NCBI RefSeq assembly: GCF_018977255.1
Contig: NW_024704743.1
Location: 97,528,001 to 97,592,000 of the forward strand
From: Callorhinchus milii
Lineage: Eukaryota
Direction of reading: 5' to 3'
DNA: 64,000 bases
Made by a program: the position numbers and the translations under genes. Of this stretch, positions 25,963 through 39,105 are shown one piece after another. The first letter of the stretch is position 1. Each line of letters starts with the position of its first letter. Under the pieces are notes generated by a model. It ran no database searches. It was not told where the DNA came from and was given only the letters and a program-made list of their open reading frames with translations.

Positions 25963-26330
25963 GTGGAGCCCTGTGGCTCCTTCGTTAGAGCATTCAGCTC
26001 GCAAGCGAGAGACCTGGGTTCGATTCTCAGCAGGGTGAAATGTTGGGCAAGTTTCCTTATTCCACATGCCTCTGTTACCTAGCATTAAGTAGGAACCCAG
26101 TTGTCAATCGATTGGTGGATCGCTTTTCCGGGGGTAATAATTCCTTAAAAAAAAATTTGGTCACTCAATCCATGACTGTTTGTGGGACACTGCTGTGCGC
26201 AATTAGCTACCGTGTTTCGCCCACAAAATATACGGTCGGTTCACTTTACAGTATATTCAGTGAAGCTCTTTGAGACGTCTAGAAGACATGATGAGGTGTG
26301 ATATATCAAATGCAGTAATTATTATTATTA
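25963..26330 (+). mobile_element. Family A SINE, near full length
   Basis: Head, central domain and (ATT)n tail. Confidence 0.85.
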
Positions 26331-29300
26331 ATACATCCGTTATTCCAATTGAATTGTAGGCATGCAGAATAAAGATGTGCTAGATTGACTGTTAAAATAT
26401 CCTGATGGATAATAGATATAACACAGTTGCTTATAATGATAATTATGGCATTAACAGTGAAGATTTTCCTTTTTATAAGATATTATGAAAGTACAAAAAA
26501 CATTTCAGAGAACATCCTGTGATTGTTAATAGCTATAGTAATATGAACGAGATTTCTGCTTGTCAAATGTTGAGAATTTTAAACATATCATTATTATAAA
26601 ATACCTTTTTTATAGTATTTCATAGTGCTATGAACTGCTGACACTGTAAGTGATTTGGTCAAGCATAACTTGTCCGTGCCCAAAGCTGTCTGACCCACAG
26701 TATACTGTAGCTTGTTTAGGGTGGTTTAATAATTAAACTTCATAGCTGTGAAGCATTTGATATTGGGATGGGTGGGGGAAGGCTTGGGAAGGGCACAATG
26801 AAGTTCTTTCACTGGTGTAATCCCACTAACAGAAGCAGGAGACTTTATCAGGTGAAATTGACAGAAAAGAAAGGCAAAACAACGGAGAGGTGATAAAATG
26901 TGCAGAATAGTGACCAACTGCCAATTCAAAGTATTGTTGAAATCAATTCATTATAATGTTCTTGTTCATACAAATCTAACTTTCGCTTTCATTCAAATGC
27001 CAATGCTGTGGCCTTCTGACTGGGTGCTCCTGAGACACAGAGATGTTTTGTGCCGACACATTATTGTGTTCAGAACAAAATTGCATCTGGCATCACAAGT
27101 TTTATTTTAACCTTAGTAAACAAAATATAATTTGAATGTCTGATTTTTCATTCTTCTATGGTTAGCACTTCCTGTGACTGATAATTTTTTAAATTTGTAA
27201 ACCATTCCTTTTTTTTAGTGAATGTATCAAATATCAGTTACAGTTCAAGTATTTACTTTTAATAGTTAATAACGTGATGAAAATAAACCAAGTTGGCGAA
27301 GATTCTTATCATTTGACTTGAATTTTTCAAGCTTCCTTCATGCTATGCCTCTGAGTGCCTCACAGCACCGAATAATCTATTTTAATAAACAGAATAAATA
27401 TTCATGAGACAATCTAATCTATTCTTCCTGTGCTGAAATTGCACCTGGTCATTACACTTGACACATTAAATTTAAAAGCCATTCCATCCCAGCGTGGATG
27501 GAAGTTTCATATTATTTAAAATTAAAAGGCTTAAAGGTGATTTTGTATCTTTAAAGCATTGCAGGTTTCCCTCTCTTTACGTCTATATTGTGGCTATGGG
27601 CCATGTATAATCCACTCCTTGAGTATTTTGTATTCTGCTGTGTTGGACGAAAGTTATATGAGATTCGAGTGGAGGTGCCTTAGGTTTTAATACCACCTCT
27701 GCTCTCTCTCAGTGCACGGCTAATTAGATGGGAAACAGCAAATATAGCAGGTCAGATGGGGAGCGGAATCTGCCTGGAATTCTTTTTTGTGCACAAAGAG
27801 GTCAAACTCATTACTGTGGAACAAGCACAGCTTTGCTCTACTGTAAAATGTATAAAGTCAACAGTATCCTCTGGTGCAGTATTTAGGCGAGTGTTGGACT
27901 GACAGAGGTGACATTCCTCAATTGAGACATTGTTTATTCCTACAATGTAAATTGTAAATCCTACATCATGAACTATGCAACTCCATTATTCAAATGGTAT
28001 AAATCCTGTGTGACTCAGTTTAACAAGTTGATTCATTTAATATATTTGTCGACACCAACCCGGCCACTCCCTTCGCTGAGCGAATATTGGCCTACTTTGT
28101 GTCTCCTGCTGTATCCTCTCCACAAAAGTAAGCCTGTCCTCGCTGTCTGGAATTCCATCCCAGAGTCCTTCGATTCCCTCCCTCCCATACCCACCTTGGG
28201 TGCCCAGCCAGCATTGCTAAGAAATGATTTGAGACATCCTCCCAAAGCATATCATACTATACAACTGTAAATTATATTGCATTGCAATATTTTAGCTTAA
28301 TGATGGGCTCAAACCGCACAACCTTTGGACTGAGGAGCTGGAAAACAATTGCTGCCAGCTCAAATAAATGGACCTATTGTGACTGCCAACTGAAGTCTCC
28401 CAGAATAAACGGGAGGGCTGTTGCCCTCAATCCACCCATGTGCATTCAAAAACAACAACAATTTGCATTTTCCCATTGATCCCAGATTAAAGCCTGGGAT
28501 GCACTGAAATGGGCGAATGGTAATTCACTCTTAAAAAAAACAGTCCCTATGCTTTACATTATATTCCTGTAAAGCGCTTTGAGACATACTTCCAAAGTGA
28601 AAGGAGCTATAACAAATGTAAGGATCATTATAATTTTTATAATGTATGACCTCAGACCCAATGGAAGTAAAGTAATCCATTCCAGGATATTTTGAACTCA
28701 TATTGTAAATTAAAACCTTCTGTTCCTTCAAATTTCAATATCGGCACCAGCTTTTACTTAGCTGCTTCCCTGTGTTTCACAATCTCCAGCATGGCCAAAC
28801 TCACTGACCCATGGTCTTTTAATAAAAATAACAACAGCTTTAGGTTGCACTAACTACCAGAGAGATTCTAGATCACAAACCAAACTTAATATAAAAGTTG
28901 TGTCCTTTGCTCTAAAGCATTGGTTTCTATAGGAACAAATCCGAAATGAAGCACAATTTTTTCCAAGCTGCAAAACTCCCCTAGAGAAATTTCTCAGGGG
29001 ACTGTCCAGTGGCAGTAATTGGACAACTGGATGGGGGAAGAGATGTTGATGCCTACAGTGGGTGTAACAAGGCGTTTTTGTATTTGTAGGATGAATGCAG
29101 CCTTGTTGCAATCAGCTGAATTGTGTTACACACAAAGCAGCCTATGCTGTGATATTAAATGGGATTAGCTACGTCCACAAAAAACGAGAATAGTTTCCTG
29201 GTTTGGAAATATTATGCAATTGAACAGAATATGGCATTTAAATATGGCAAAAAATGGAGGGGCTTTTTTTTTTCAGGATTTGTGTTTTTGGACCAGAAAG

Positions 29301-30466
29301 ATTACCATCTGGCCACAGCTTGCTTGATGTGAATGACCTCCTCATATCTTTTAATTTATATGATTCCATTATAGACACTTCAAAACCTTTTGAACATCAC
29401 TGAGAAATTGCTGACAAAAGCATTATTGTTTGTGCCTACAAAATACACAGTCACTACAATTTACAGTAAATGCTGTGAAGCATTTTGAGAGACCCTCCCT
29501 AGGTGCAAGGTGCTATATTGAATGCATGGATTATTATTCTAGGATTACCAAGAGCATACTTACCTGTCCAGAGTATTCATGACCTGACCCTTCCAGAGAG
29601 ACTCTCTGGGAGCTCAAGTGTTTGCCTGTCTACCACTGACCATTGACTGCTGTAAAAGGTCTCACTTGTCCAGCTGGTGCAGTAATTGCTGTGAATGCCT
29701 CATTACTCAGTGTTTCAATGTTAAGATCCTGGCTGTGAAGTCAATTAGTCAAACACTTCAGCACATGAACTCTGATTGACTCTCAGGCTAGGCAAACTGA
29801 CAGAGGTACAAAATGACTTGTATTATTATAGTGTCTTATCACTTTGAAATGTCTTGAAGCAATTTACAGTCTTTACTGCCAAGTGTAGTGACTCCTTGAG
29901 TGGCTAAACAGGGAAGACAATTTGCTCACAGCAAGGCCCCATCAACAACTATGAGGTCAATGACTAATTTATCTGGACAATTGTTAGGCAGGGCTCTAAG
30001 AGAAATTATTTTCTCAAACAGTGGTGTGGGATCTTTCATGTTCTCTTGAACAACAGGCAGATAGGACCTCAGTTAAACTCTCATCTGAAAAACTACATGG
30101 TGCTTTCAGGTGGGTGGCAAGTGTACAGTCCAGAGGCATCATAAGATGGAATAAAGTTAGATATGGGTGTCATTACTTCCTATTGCCTTCTTATTGTTAT
30201 GTATTATTTTCTGACTTTAAAGTTTGCCATTTTCTTTGTCATCGGCCTTCCATCACCTTGATCGTTTCCACCTTTAAGCATGGAGTTCAGTTTTACCAAT
30301 CATTCTCGTTGAAGTGGCCATCATCAGTAGACACTGAAGGCCTAAAATTTCACCTGACCTTAGCCTTAAAAACTTTGTCTTGAAATTTAAAATTGTGCAG
30401 AATTTTGGAAAAATTCTTAAGTTCCAACTTGATTTGGAAATCATGGCTCTGTTTAAAAAATAGTGA

Positions 30467-30671
30467 TAATAATAATAATAATCGTTAGATTTGATATAGC
30501 GCCTTATCAAGTCTTCGAGAATATACTGTAAAGTGAATTTTTTTTTCTTGTGGGATTATTATCAGGAATGTGGAGTAAGGAAACTTGCCCAAGGTTTTGC
30601 CCTGTCGGGAATCGAGCCCAGGTCTCTCTCTTGTGAGGAAAGTGCTCTAACCACTTTGCTACAGGACTCCA
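30467..30671 (-). mobile_element. Family A SINE with internal deletion
   Basis: Tail (30467-30540) joined to head (30565-30671). Confidence 0.75.
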
Positions 30672-31569
30672 TTGGAAGTCTTCTTTGATTATTGCATCGA
30701 ATATAATATAACAATAACAATAAGTTGCATTTACATAGAGTCCTTCAGAGTGGGTAGCATCTCAGAGTGCTATGATAATAATAATAATCCTTGAAATTGA
30801 CTTAGCAACTATATATGCTATGCTGAAAAGTGAAGTGTGTATGTTTAAGGGTTAATTTAAATTTAATAATATTAATAATAATCCTTGCATTTGATAGCAC
30901 TTTGTCCCTGCGGTAAGGTAAGGACTGACAGAAATGTTGTACAAAAATATAGATGTTTATTAATTCGGATTAGTAATAATTATAAATAATTAAAAGAATA
31001 CATCACAATAATGCTTACATATCCATGTACAGTTCATCATGATTTAAGTTGATCTAACCAAATGCTGTGGAAGAGACAGAGTAGCAATGTCCATTTAATA
31101 TCCATTTTAATGTATACTTATTAATACAAATATATATGCCGAACCAAAGATATCCAAATATTGTTGTATGTTTCTCAGTTCGATCACCCAAACGTATCCA
31201 GGTATCATGGCACGTCCAATTCGATCCCTCTCCTTCTTCAATTCTTTCCTCTGATTCTCTTTCCAAATCGATCTCCGTTTATTCAGTTCGTTAGATGACC
31301 TTTCACCTATTGTCTTTGCAAGATGGGTCCTTTCTAAAAAATGCAACATATCTCTCTCTCATGTTAAACCAGCTGCAGACCATTTTTCCATGGGAAAATG
31401 ACTGATAAGGAATGAAAACAGTTTGTGTTTATATGCAGTCTTTTGTTTCTCCTCCTTGAGAAAGGATCTTTTTCGAAGTTAGTCACAACCAGCTCCCCTC
31501 ATATGATCATATGTCAATATAGACATCATAAATATAATTTGAGATATTATTTGACCCATTAATTACAGA

Positions 31570-31912
31570 ATCTTACAGTATTGTGTGGGCCAACACAACA
31601 GCCCAAAATATAAAATACACATTGCGCACAGCAATGTCCCACAAACAGCATGAAGTGAATGACCAATTTTATTTGGGGATTGTTGGCCATGACACCGGGA
31701 GAAACTTCCTTCTCTTTTAGAACAGTGTCACTGGATGCTTAACATCCATCTGAACAAACCTCTGAAGGACGGCACATCCAACAATGGAGCACCCCCCCAG
31801 CACTGCATTAGAGCGTCAACATAGACAATATGAGTTCCAGGTCCTGATGTGGGGCTTGAACCCACATCCTTCTGACTCAGAGGCAAGAGTGCTACCATCT
31901 GACCCAACCTGT
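31570..31912 (-). mobile_element. Deu-domain SINE
   Basis: Minus-strand head ggtagcactcttgcctctgagtcagaaggatgtgggttcaagccccac. Confidence 0.75.
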
Positions 31913-32353
31913 GCCTATGGCTGACTGTGCCTAAGAGTCAACAAATTTTAACCTGGAATTTCAAACCCAGAGTGTTAAAGGTATATTCCTTCAGGGAGGG
32001 AATTACTGCCAAGTTGGTGATTATGATCAAGTAACTCAGTACTTACTTGGTATAACACCTGGGACTTTACCAGTCTTCCTGGCTCTTTAAATAAACTCAC
32101 TAAATAATAATGATACTAATCCTCGCTAAACCTGGTGGCTCACTACGCAAGGTGGCACTGATTCTCTTAGTTGGGTTGTTGGGAACAGATTTAGTAATGC
32201 TGTAATTCTATCAGCATGTTTTGACATTAAAATGTGTAATTAGTAAGGTCTCACCAAATGGCCTGATGTTCAGGGGTTTCCCGTCAAAAACACAACTTAC
32301 ACCATGAGCCACTTTTTGCTGTGGTTTTGCCATTCCAGTGTTTATCATAAATT

Positions 32354-32424
32354 TTTTTGGTCAGCCGGGTGTCTGACACATGCGGAAACCCATCACCATG
32401 CTTGAGTATCCAAACCAAGCTGAT
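32354..32424 (-). repeat. Family C repeat, short 3'-end copy
   Basis: ttttttggtcagccgggtgtctgacacatgcggaaacccatcaccatgcttgagtatccaaaccaagctga. Confidence 0.75.
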
Positions 32425-32763
32425 TGTTTATCAACTCAAATGATATGTATAGATAGGATCAGTTCACAGTGGTATCAATTTTCTATTTTATACTAATTGA
32501 CTTATCTAATTGTTTACAGGACAATGCTGCCTCATTTGCCTTATAACGTTCCTTCCATTTCTTATCAATTTTATTTTCTAAAGTGTTTGAGACGTTTATT
32601 TTTACATATAAGATACTATGTAAGTACAAGTTACTGTGTCCTTTATTTCAGGTGAACCATGAATAGGGTGGAGCATGGCAGAAATAACTAAATTAAGTGA
32701 TACATTTCTTATTATTTGAAACAAAGTAGCAGATAGCTTCAATGGGAAACACACCATGCAATG

Positions 32764-33811
32764 TCTGTCCTCGGACCCCCCCTCTTCACCCTCTACATGC
32801 TCCCTCTTGGTGACATCATCCGCAGACATGGGGTAAATTTTCACATGTATGCGGGTGACACCCAACTCTATCTCTCTGCCTCCACCCTGAACTCCAGGAT
32901 TACTGGCTTCCTGACCATCTGCCTGTCCAACAGCAAGTCCAGGAAGAGAGCCAACTTTCTCCAACTCAACGTCAACAAGAGAGGCCCTCCTGATTGGCTC
33001 GCGCCAGAATCTCTGCACCTCAGGCGCTGGGAGCATCAGTCTCCACGGCTGCACACTCAACCTCACTAAGCCAGTCAGGAACTTGGGTATCTTGTTTGAC
33101 CCTGAACTGTCCTTTCTCCCCACATCCACGCCATGACCGGCACTGCCTACCACCACCTCCACAACATTGCCAGACTCCGCCACTGCCTCACCCCTCAGGC
33201 TGCCGAAACCCTCACCCACGCATTCGTCACATCAAGGCTCGATTATGGGAACTCCCTCCTCATCGGCCTCCAACTCTTCCCTTCACAAACTGCAGATCAT
33301 CCAAAACTCTGCAGCTCATGTACTCTCACGCACCAGGCTCCGTGACCCCATAATTCCCACCCCGACTCCACTGGCTCTCCATCCCCCAGAGGATCGAGTT
33401 CAAGATCCTCATCCTCATCCTACCCTGCCCACACCTACCACTCTGACCTGCTGACTCCCTACCAACCTGCCCGCTCCATCCGTTCATCGGGCTCTGACCT
33501 GCTCCATGTCTCCCGCTCGATCCGCCCTACCATTGGTGGCCGGGCTTTCAGCCTCTCTGCCCCCACACTCTGGAACTCCATCCCACGGTCCCTTCACCTC
33601 ACTTCCTCCCTTGCCTCCTTCAAGGCTGATCTCAAGACCCTTCTCTTCGACCGTGCCTTTGGTCTCCCTCCCACCTCACTGTCTTCCCTCACCCCTACAC
33701 CACCCCTCCCCCATGCTCGGGTCCCGACACCTGACCGTTCAGCGCTTTGGGACGTCCTCCCGACGTGAAAGGCTCTCTATAAATGTAGTTTTGTTGTTGT
33801 TGTTGTTGTTG
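32764..33811 (+). mobile_element. L2 LINE, 5'-truncated (~1 kb), RT C-terminus with frameshifts
   Basis: [36 protein letters not shown] (YADD mutated to YAGD), HAFVTSRLDYGNSLL, (GTT)n tail. Confidence 0.93.
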
Positions 33812-34089
33812 TGCTGTACTGAGAAACGCAAATCAGGGAGATTCTGTGCTGTGTGATTGGGGAGGAGATGGAATCAGTTAAGTTTCCTTCAGTTGATCTC
33901 CAGTGATTTTTGCTGTAAAATGGCACATCACATGTGTGGCAGGATCAAGCTCAGCACTGACGCCCTTCATGATTAAATAGGCATCTGATACTCACTGTCT
34001 ATGTTCACATGGAAAGAACAGTCACTTGGGTGAAGTTCTAGAGGGCTGCTGGTGCTTGTGAAAACATACACCGACAAGGGGAACACTTT

Positions 34090-34290
34090 CCACCTGGATC
34101 AGGATTGACTGTTTATTTAGAGTTTCAGAGACTCCAGAATTTTGTCAATTATTGAACTCAGTGTTAACTCTGAATTAATTTTTCTGTCCATACAGAAAAA
34201 CGGCTTCAACATTAAGACCATATTTAAGAATTTGCGAAATTCTGGATGCTCAGAAATACTAAGCGAATAAATTTAGACCCAAATGGAATT
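34090..34290. mobile_element. Imperfect fold-back MITE-like element; relatives at ~35920-36066, ~51490-51595, ~30345-30450
   Basis: Inverted arms ccagaattttgtcaatt / aatttgcgaaattctgg; termini resemble gggtctagattta. Confidence 0.5.
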
Positions 34291-34871
34291 TCTCCCCCTT
34301 GGTGTCTTCATGAGAAGTTGAGGAGAGAAAAATGGGAGAAAATGGGGATGGGTGTGATGGAGATATTTTGTTTCTACAGAACAATACTCTTATGTGACAA
34401 TTTTAACACAAAATAAGATTTTGAGTTAGAACTGAGGTCAGGAAGCAATTTATCACACAGAGGGTTGTGAGCATGTGGGATGTTCTTCCCATGAAAGCTG
34501 TAAATGTATAAACAACAGGGATGTTTCTAACAGAGAGACAGATACCTGCTTAGTGGAGGCATAAAGGAGGTATAGTGAAAGTATGGGACATTGGGATTGA
34601 AAGATCTGCCAAAATCGAATAAACTGGTGGAATGTGGGCTGAATAGCCTTCTGCTGTTCCTAAATAAAGGATAAATGGGATCAAAATTCTCATAGGGCAA
34701 CAGCTTCATGAAAAAAAACTTTGAAAAGGAACGCAGTGTGAAATGTTCATTTCATCAATAAAACAAATGTTTATTTTTTTGTGAGCCAGAATTCTCTGGA
34801 ACATTTTATATTGCTGGCACGACACAGAACCTGGTCCCCTGATGCCACTCTAAGGTTGTAAGATGGAAACA

Positions 34872-34890
34872 TAGTGCCCCCTGCTGGCGG
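34872..34890 (-). promoter_or_regulatory. Strong candidate CTCF motif
   Basis: Minus strand CCGCCAGCAGGGGGCACTA versus consensus TGGCCACCAGGGGGCGCTA. Confidence 0.55.
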
Positions 34891-37800
34891 CATGTTGTAT
34901 CCTACAAACTGGGTGCAAAGTACATGATTGTGGTTAAACTGGTCCATGTGCAATTTTCCAATGGATCTTTTTTCAGTGCAAAAGTTAGGGTAGAGTCCTT
35001 TAGAGAGGAAATAAAAAATATGATTTAGTCTCAAATGATAGAAATTAAACCCAAGTCTTTACATATTCACCCACAAAAAATACAGTCAATTATAGTGTAT
35101 TCTTTGAGAATTTATAAATTCAAGTTATTATTGTTTCTTTATAGATATATTGTGTTGTTATCAGGATATAAACTTAGACTGGCCTAAAATTCACCAATTT
35201 CAAACAAGATTTCTTAATAGGCAAAGTGAGTGAGGATTCCTTCATTCATTTCAGATCTATAATTTTATAATTTATTACATGCTTAAAATATAACCATTTG
35301 TGTAATGTAATGATTAGATTGAAGATACAATGAATTCCTAGCCAATATTTGTGCTATACTTACGGATATAACGCTATATAAAGATGCACAGACCTATATT
35401 TAGTCAGTGGAAGCTCACAATACATTCTGGGACTCCAGACTCTGTGTGTATCTCAGTGTTTGTATATTGACGTTGTAAATTGGATAACATTACCCATAGC
35501 AGGCAATATTTGAGGGCTGTCAGAGATGTATTAATTTGTTGGTACACATCATCTCAGGTAGATAACAAAAGCCCTTAGGAACATAGGAAACAGGAACAAG
35601 ATGAGGCCTTTCAGCCTATTCGGTCTATTCCACCAGTTTCTTGGCAGATCTTTTAAAACTATTGCCCACCCTTTAGTCATACCCTTTAATGCCTTCAATT
35701 CCCAAGTATGTCCTATCGCTCCTTTAAGATTCCCTATTGATTCCATCTCTACAGCATTCAGATAACTTCCAAAACAATAACTAGTACTAAGGTTGCCCAT
35801 CACAGCATGTTTTGATTTGAGCCCAGTTACTTATGCTATTCCGATTAAACACGTAGAATCAGTTCACAGTTGTCACTTCAGACAAATCATGGATGGGGGC
35901 TGAGAGGAAGGGCAATGGGAATGTTAAGTTTGAAGCTGGTTTTCTGTAAGTTTATTTTAAGAACTACGGAAAACAGGCTTCAAAGTTAAAACTGAATTCA
36001 ACAATTTGCCAAATTCTGCACACTCTGAAATGTTGTGTTCAGTAAATCTAGACCCAGGGTGAATTTACAATGCAATCTCCATTTATAGAGTGCTTTCACA
36101 TCAGGAGGATGTCTCAAATAGTTTCAAATGTTACACAATGTTCAGCACAATGCTTTTTTTACTCTGAAATGTGCTTTTATGAAGAGTCTGAAGTTGCCTT
36201 CTGTTATACTGTATATCAGGTTTCTAGACAGTGATTAGTGACTACTGTGACCTGTTGATTTGATTTGGAGTCCTTGGCATTCGGTTTATTCTGACCTCTA
36301 CTGACAGTGCATTTGTAATCATCCATCTTCCTTCAAGGTTTAACCTTCCATCCCTTTAAAACAAATTTCTCACATTGTCGGGATCTGGGGACATTGTAGC
36401 AGGGATGTGACTTGATACCATTCACTTGCCCTTTGCCCTTCTCTTTGTGCTGGAGTTCACCTCACACCTTTGTGGAGGCATTCAATGGCACTGTTCCTCT
36501 CTAATACGTTTCCCAAAAGTGACGGTCATAACCTTTTGGATTTAAAATAAATGATCTGCATTTCGTAAGGGTGACTGTCTAAATTTGTATTGTTCAGGCA
36601 GCAAGTAACGTATTCTGAAAAGCCTCCAACTTAAATGGTCTTGCCAACAAACTTTCTATACCCAGTTTTGGCTCACATTAAGGCAACAGATGTGGATTGA
36701 AATGCTTTTATAAATCAAACTCACTTAAAAGGAAAGTGCGGATTTATTTAACGGTAGTTGTTTTGCCAACTCAGCAGAATTTGCCTTTCAGCTAACTTGG
36801 CCTCAGGCCGCTTTGAGCCATCATCAGTGGCCAAGCCTTGAAGAACTAAATCCCAACCCTGGGATTCCCTCCATCTCTCCTTTTGTCTCTCCACGCCCAC
36901 CCGTCTGTCTTTAAATCTCACCTAAAAGTGTACCTCGTTGACCAGATGGAAAGGGGAGCATGTCAGCTGGGACTCTCACTGTGTGAGCAAAGCTGGCACA
37001 TTGTGCAGGGTGTTCTGACACCATTCAATATTCTCCTGCTTTTCAGCGACACCACTGTGCCAGTGAGAGAGTCTGAGGCACACGACTCCACAGGCTGAAC
37101 CCAATACATGCTCAATCCATGGTCATGTTCTCTTTCTATCCACAGGGGTAGGAACACAGCAGTGTAGCAATATCAGAACAGGAGGAGGCCAATCAGTTCT
37201 GTGGACCTGCTTTATTAGTTGCTAACAGATTTTTTGATCCCCTTTCTTTTTCATTACTTTTTAATTATACAATTAAGGGCACCTGTAATTCCCTCTGTGC
37301 ACGTGACCGTGCTCAACAATCAATAATATATTTTCACACAAATCTCAGATCACACCCTCAAATTATTGTGAAATTTCCAATTCCCACATCAGTCTTATGG
37401 ATCTCTGATGTTGAGATTCTGCATGTTAGTACATTTGCGGTGAGGCTATCAGCTTTTCCACCTGGTTCCCACATTTTATGAGCTCTGTTTGGAAAAATTG
37501 CTCGCGCAATTATTTTTAATTCCTTGTGAGCAAACTCTGTGAAGTGCGGATATGAACTATCTGAGTAATTGTCCTCATTCCCAGGCTCACCTATTTTTAG
37601 CTGATATGTACTTTTTAATCTGTTGCATGTATATTTAACAATGTTTACAGCTTCTCTGTGCAATCCATCACACAGCCACTATGGCTATTGCCTCCTGTTG
37701 ATTTTTTCATTAACTAATGTTTGACTGTCTGGTTGCAATGTGTGTGATAAAGTGTTTCTAATTATTAAATGTTAATACTTGAACAAGATTTGAAAGATCA

Positions 37801-39063
37801 ATCTTAAATAAGCTTGATTTTTCAGATCAAAAGGAAAACAATTCTGATGCCTGGTCACATCAATAGTGGGATACCGTGTGGTGAGTTTGAGGGAAAGTGC
37901 GTGTGTGTGTGTGACATGGACCACAGAGTTCTGGATGGTCTGCAGTTTGTATAGGGAGGAGCTGGGGAGTCTGGCAGTGGGGTGTTGGAATAATCGAGCC
38001 TGGAGGTGATCCAGGCGTTGATGAAGGATTCAGCGGGGGAAAGTGGGGGGGTGCGGGTGTGGTGGGAGGTGATGACGGAAGCAGGTGATGGTGCAGAAGT
38101 CAGGCAAAGCTGAGAGCTACGCACGCAAGCTCCGTTTTACCCAGCGGTTTGATTTTGAGATTTGTGTTCCAACTTTCAAGTGCCTCCGCACACTCTCTGT
38201 GATTTCCTGCAGTCTCACTCCTCACCCATTCCATCCATTCTGCTAACTCAGACCTGCTGAACATCCCACAGCCTCTCCAGTCCACCATCAGCTACTTTGC
38301 CCAAACTCTTTGGAACTCTCTCCCCAAATTCCTCCATCTCACATACTCCTTCTCTGCTGTCAAATCCCTTCTAAACACCTAACACTTTGACTTGCCTTTG
38401 GTAACCTCCCTCTTACCATACCCCCATCTCCCACTCTGTTTGGACACATACTCCATTGCTGTAAAACAGATTGAGATGATTACTTGTATGAAAGACACTA
38501 TATAAGTGCAAGTTTTTATTGTTGAATCAATAACAGGTACATGGTTCTAAATAGAATCATAGATCTTTACAACACAGAAGAAGGCCACTTGACTTCATCT
38601 GTACTTATCTCAATGCTTTGCTCTATACACCTTCAGGCGTCTAACAGAAAAATATTATGTTGGATGGTTACAGATTTTAAACCCCTTTATATGAAAGAAG
38701 GGACTTCAAATCGCCATTAGCCACAGTAAAAGCTTCTTCATGGTTAAATAGAGATAAATAAAGATAAACATACGCATATTTTGTTTGACCTGGTTGCATG
38801 TGTGTTATCTGATTTAATGCATTTACGGCTGAAAGCTTGGAATATTTACTGTCATGGAATGAAACACTCAGAGGAGATTCTTTTCCCAAGAAGTTAAGAA
38901 TAATCCTGGCACTAGCAGATTTAAGAGAATGATTGATCAAATTACAAAAATTGGTTGCTGTGTGGGATATGTTTTAGTTCAAATGGTTGTTTACCACAAT
39001 ACCCTTTGCTAATACAACAACTTGCATTACATAGCTACCTTCACACCGTCTGGCATCTCGGAA

Positions 39064-39105
39064 CACTTATTTACTCCAATAATACTGTATTGGAATAAAT
39101 AAGTG
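39064..39105. repeat. 18-bp inverted repeat with 6-nt loop
   Basis: CACTTATTTACTCCAATA-atactg-TATTGGAATAAATAAGTG, one mismatch. Confidence 0.85.

Noticed and set aside
29556..29566. ATACTTACCTG matching the U1 snRNA 5' end
   Set aside because: Similarity stops after 11 nt; no U1 body follows
32602..33219. 205-aa minus-strand ORF
   Set aside because: Antisense frame of the L2 RT fragment
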